DNA from: Gammaproteobacteria bacterium
GTDB taxonomy: Bacteria; Pseudomonadota; Gammaproteobacteria; Eutrophobiales; Eutrophobiaceae
Assembly (NCBI GenBank): GCA_965243205.1
Contig: CBDEUK010000002.1
Span: 544,001-608,000 of the forward strand
Direction: 5' to 3'
Length of the DNA: 64,000 nt
Position 1 is the first letter of the stretch, and every line of letters starts with the position of its first letter. This document shows positions 60,007-64,000 of the stretch, one piece after another. The notes beneath the pieces are model-generated. The model worked only from the letters and a program-made list of their open reading frames with translations. It did not search any database and was not told the origin of the DNA. The translations under genes were made by a program, and so were the position numbers.

Positions 60007-60984
60007 TTAGTAATCAACTCTTTCAACGAGAACTTGTAACCATGGAATATCAATAAAGAATAGTCCAGTACAGACAATACACAAGAAAACTATAAAACCT
60101 ATAAATTTCTTTTCTTTATATAATTTTTCTGGTGTTTGAGTTGGAGAATGCTCTTGACGACCGATAGATAGATACCAAGCAAACAATAGCGCAAACAATG
60201 GAAAACTTAATAGAAATTCAATGCGATATTTAATTAAGAAAATTCCTAAGAAAAAAGCGGATGAAATCGCATAGAAGAATGAAGAAACCAATAAAGTTTC
60301 CTCTGTATAATATTTAAAAGAACGACGATATGAACCAGCACGTTCAGGATCATTAATAAAACGATATTCTGCATAACGTTTCATCGCCATTAAAAATGCA
60401 CCGCCCATCCAGTACGCTAACAAGGAGCTTGAGGGAGGTAATGCGCCTGTTACTAAAGCAGCCCAACCTAATAACAGCCTTAATGGATTATTAACTGATT
60501 CAGATAAAACATCTAAATACATTCTATCTTTGGTACGAAATGGGCGCACATTGTACATAACACCCATAAATAATAAGACAAATAAAAATACGTTGAACTC
60601 CCAAGACAACATAGAGGAAAGTCCAAACCCTAAACCTATGAGTATTAAATATTCTAAATAAACGTATCTAGCCTGCAGGTTACCGCCAACTGAAGGACGA
60701 TTTTTCTTAAGTGGGTGGTGTTGATCAAATTCCCTGTCTAACCATTCATTGATCACATAATTGGCCGAAGCAATGAAACAAACGGCTAAAATCCCTATAA
60801 CGGTTGGGATTATCGCTTCTTGAAAAGGAATATTAGTGAAAATTAGCGCTAAAGCTACGCCAGGTAACATAAATATATTTTTAAACCAATGATCTATCCT
60901 GGCTATTTTGATATACCCTTTCAATGGTGATTCAACTTTAGTCGATAAGTCACTGTCTATATTCATTGAGCTACTTGTATCCAT
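60007..60984 (-). CDS. UbiA family, polyprenyl-phosphate phosphoribosyltransferase (DPPR synthase) type
   Basis: R.DHWFKN, NEWLDREFD, HPLKKNRP, KRYAE, YRRSFKYY. Confidence 0.82.
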   Translation of the reverse strand: MDTSSSMNIDSDLSTKVESPLKGYIKIARIDHWFKNIFMLPGVALALIFTNIPFQEAIIPTVIGILAVCFIASANYVINEWLDREFDQHHPLKKNRPSVGGNLQARYVYLEYLILIGLGFGLSSMLSWEFNVFLFVLLFMGVMYNVRPFRTKDRMYLDVLSESVNNPLRLLLGWAALVTGALPPSSSLLAYWMGGAFLMAMKRYAEYRFINDPERAGSYRRSFKYYTEETLLVSSFFYAISSAFFLGIFLIKYRIEFLLSFPLFALLFAWYLSIGRQEHSPTQTPEKLYKEKKFIGFIVFLCIVCTGLFFIDIPWLQVLVERVDY

Positions 60985-61720
60985 AGTTGTATGTGATCTC
61001 TTATATGATTCTAAAAATAAAGAAGAACCATCCCTAAAATATCGGATTAGTTCATATCTAACTTTAAATAGTGAATGTTATTAATTCACGCCAATGAAAG
61101 ATCTATGCCAAGCTAAATAGAACCAAGATAAATTTTATTGCTGATTATATTACGTTTTTATACCTAACTCTCTGTTACTGAGATAGAAGCCAAATTTGGT
61201 TTAATTCTGTTTAAATTCTATTAGATAAAATTACATTAAGACAGAAAATATTTATTATATTCAACAACTTACATTGTAATTTTGTTTATCCTATAGAACC
61301 ATCCACTCTCACCGACAATATAAAATATTAATGTTAGAAATCTTCTATGACGTGATTTTATCAATAAATGGTTAGAAATTGAGAATGAGCGTAAGATTGC
61401 TAGATTAAGAATCATTTTCACAATATGTTGCCTGTTTGAGACATTGATTGTTTTATATAAAACAGAAACCTTTATCAATAACATCATTAGACGAGACTTC
61501 AATCCACTAATTTAGAAGGTAAATTCTCCATATAAATTCGTTTTTTTATATTTTCTCTAAATCAATATCACAATAAAAACTTTTTTAATGGTTTGTGAGT
61601 CATACACCTCAATAATTTAAATCTACATAAAATAATCAAAAACCAATGTATTTTGACATTATTCAAATATGAATTTTTATAAAATATCTGAGTATTTGTG
61701 ATGTTAAATTGAGAATAAAA

Positions 61721-62392
61721 ATGTATAAAAAAGTAATCGTTATCGTAGTTCTATGTCTATTATTGTTGGCCGTTGTATTTGATATAACTCAATATTTAAA
61801 CCTTGAACAATTAAAAGAACATCATTCAAATATAATAACTCTATACCAAGAAAATCCTGGCTTATTTATTTCAGTTTTTTTCATATCGTATGTTCTTATG
61901 TCTGCTTTATCTATTCCAGGCGCAGCTGTAATGACTTTAGTAGCAGGTTCAATATTCGGTTTAATACTAGGCAGCATTATTGTTTCATTTGCTTCTAGCA
62001 TTGGAGCTACAATCGCTTTCTTAATTGCACGCTATTTATTCAAAGATAGCATAGAGTCTAAATATCAAAAATTATTTAAAACAATAGATGAAAAAATAAA
62101 AGAAGAAGGCGCTTTTTATTTATTTACTTTACGACTAATTCCTCAAGTGCCTTTCTTTTTGATCAATCTACTAATGGGTCTAACTAACTTACCAACAAGA
62201 GTTTTTTATCTAATTAGTCAAATTGGGATGCTTCCGGCGACTATTATTTATGTAAATGCAGGCAAACAATTAGCATCTATTAATTCATTATCGGATATAT
62301 TATCACCGAATATTATTATAGCTTTTATATTATTAGGTACATTTCCTCTTATCATCAAAAAAACTGTTGATTATTTTTCAACAAAAAAATAG
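61721..62392 (+). CDS. TVP38/TMEM64 (DedA/VTT) membrane protein
   Basis: IPGA...TLVAG..FG, GATIAFL.ARY, LRLIP..PFFLIN. Confidence 0.9.
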   Translation: MYKKVIVIVVLCLLLLAVVFDITQYLNLEQLKEHHSNIITLYQENPGLFISVFFISYVLMSALSIPGAAVMTLVAGSIFGLILGSIIVSFASSIGATIAFLIARYLFKDSIESKYQKLFKTIDEKIKEEGAFYLFTLRLIPQVPFFLINLLMGLTNLPTRVFYLISQIGMLPATIIYVNAGKQLASINSLSDILSPNIIIAFILLGTFPLIIKKTVDYFSTKK

Positions 62393-62413
62393 CGAAGTAA
62401 AATTTAGACACTT

Positions 62414-63868
62414 ATGAGTAATTATAAAAAACCAACAAAATTCGATCAAAATTTAATCGTCATCGGCGCAGGTTCTGCAGGTCTAGTGAGTGCATATATC
62501 GCTGCCGCCTTAAACGCTAAAGTTACATTAATTGAAAAACATAAAATGGGTGGTGATTGTTTAAATTTTGGTTGTGTCCCATCCAAAGCTTTAATTCGCT
62601 CTGCAAAATTTTTATCTCATATCAAACGCTCAAAAGAATTTGGTGTTCATACTGCACATGCTGAGTTTAACTTTTCAGACATTATGGAACGTGTGCAAAA
62701 TATTATTAAAACCATAGAGCCACATGATTCCATTGAACGTTATACTGAACTCGGGGTAAATGTTATTCAAGGCGAAGCCAAATTATTATCGCCTTGGATA
62801 GTAGAAGTGAATGATAGAATTATATCGAGTAAAAACATCATTATTGCAACAGGAGCAAGGCCACTCATTCCACCAATAGGTGGTTTAGAGAAAATTAACT
62901 ATCTAACCTCTGATAATTTATGGGAACTGCGTGAATTACCTAAACGTTTATTGGTATTAGGTGGAGGGCCAATAGGTTGCGAATTAAGTCAATGTTTCGC
63001 TCGTTTAGGCAGTCAAGTTACTCAAGTTGAAATGCAATCACGTTTACTAATCCGTGAAGATGAAGAAGTTTCTGCTGAAATACTTAAGAAATTTACTCAA
63101 GAAGGTATTGATGTACGATTAAATCATAAAGCGTTAGAAATTAAACAGAAAGACGGCCATAACGTATTACATTGCGAACATAGCACCGGACGGGTAGAAA
63201 TACCATTCGATCAGATACTGATCGCAGTAGGACGTAAACCCAATACTCAGAACTTTGGTTTAGAAGATATCGATATTGAATTAAATAAAAATGGTACTAT
63301 AAAAACAGACGATTACTTAAGAACCAATCATAAAAATATTTTTGCTTGTGGTGATGTCGCGGGACCATATCAATTCACTCATACAGCATCGCATCAAGCT
63401 TGGTATTGTGCTGTCAATTCATTATTTGGGAATTTAAAAAAATTCAAAGTAGATTACTCCGTTATTCCATGGGCCACGTTCACAGAACCGGAAGTTGCCC
63501 GTGTCGGTTTAAACCAATTAGAAGCGAATGAAAAAAATATTCCTTATGAAATTTCACGTTATGATATTAATGACCTTGACCGTGCTATTTCAGATAGTGA
63601 AGCTCATGGTTATATTGAAGTATTAACAAAACCTGGTAAGGATAAAATACTTGGTGTTACTATCATGGGCGAACATGCAGGTGATTTAATAGCAGAATAC
63701 GTTGCAGCTATGAAACATAATTTTGGTATGAATAAAATATTGAGCACCATTCATATCTACCCTACTCTCGCTGAAGCGAATAAATTTGTCGCTGGTAACT
63801 GGAAACGTAATCATGCCCCACAAACAATTTTAAAATGGTTAGAAACCTTTCATAAATGGATGAGATAA
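62414..63868 (+). CDS. Class-I pyridine nucleotide-disulfide oxidoreductase (LpdA/MerA-like, not a true MerA)
   Basis: GAGSAG, GGDCLNFGCVPSK, GGGPIG, HIYPTLAE; no C-terminal Cys-Cys. Confidence 0.9.
   Translation: MSNYKKPTKFDQNLIVIGAGSAGLVSAYIAAALNAKVTLIEKHKMGGDCLNFGCVPSKALIRSAKFLSHIKRSKEFGVHTAHAEFNFSDIMERVQNIIKTIEPHDSIERYTELGVNVIQGEAKLLSPWIVEVNDRIISSKNIIIATGARPLIPPIGGLEKINYLTSDNLWELRELPKRLLVLGGGPIGCELSQCFARLGSQVTQVEMQSRLLIREDEEVSAEILKKFTQEGIDVRLNHKALEIKQKDGHNVLHCEHSTGRVEIPFDQILIAVGRKPNTQNFGLEDIDIELNKNGTIKTDDYLRTNHKNIFACGDVAGPYQFTHTASHQAWYCAVNSLFGNLKKFKVDYSVIPWATFTEPEVARVGLNQLEANEKNIPYEISRYDINDLDRAISDSEAHGYIEVLTKPGKDKILGVTIMGEHAGDLIAEYVAAMKHNFGMNKILSTIHIYPTLAEANKFVAGNWKRNHAPQTILKWLETFHKWMR

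Positions 63869-64000
<132 letters not shown>

Noticed and set aside
61269-61502. 77-aa ORF in the long spacer
   Set aside because: TTG start without an SD, composition typical of random AT-rich DNA, no motifs.
62414-63868. Mercuric reductase MerA
   Set aside because: No C-terminal Cys-Cys pair, no N-terminal metal-binding domain and no mer genes nearby.

Overview
AT-rich chromosomal window from a gammaproteobacterium, judged from gene order and protein similarity. No rRNA, CRISPR array, integrase or transposase is visible. The first ~25 kb is the conserved rpsB-tsf-pyrH-frr-uppS-cdsA-dxr-rseP-bamA-skp-lpxD-fabZ-lpxA-lpxB-rnhB-dnaE-accA-tilS cluster on the minus strand, with divergent map-glnD followed by mutH-dusA. 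The rest is a mosaic: FKBP PPIase, prc, NAD-type IDH, HDAC-family deacetylase, rimO, a solitary tRNA-Thr(UGU), HAD, dinB, a CopL-like leader plus a multicopper oxidase with a C-terminal beta-barrel, mtaB, an orphan GspE, an ICL/PEP-mutase lyase + Na+ symporter + SMR operon, a five-gene tungsten-type aldehyde oxidoreductase (aorABCDE-like) operon, grxC, a UbiA/GtrA/HAD pentofuranose-donor cassette, TVP38 + flavoprotein disulfide reductase and the start of gor. Strongest non-routine signals: (1) a Cys-rich leader ORF ending in RPPIA whose stop codon lies in a perfect hairpin masking the multicopper oxidase Shine-Dalgarno (SD) site, a candidate copper-sensing ribosome-stalling switch; (2) the AOR operon with two small C-terminal Gly-Gly proteins; (3) an apparent AUU start codon on idh; (4) an SD-masking hairpin on dinB; (5) an S2 with a C-terminal helix-hairpin-helix domain; (6) a possible ADP-ribosyltransferase-fold hypothetical protein. 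All family calls are from motif recognition by eye; no searches were run.
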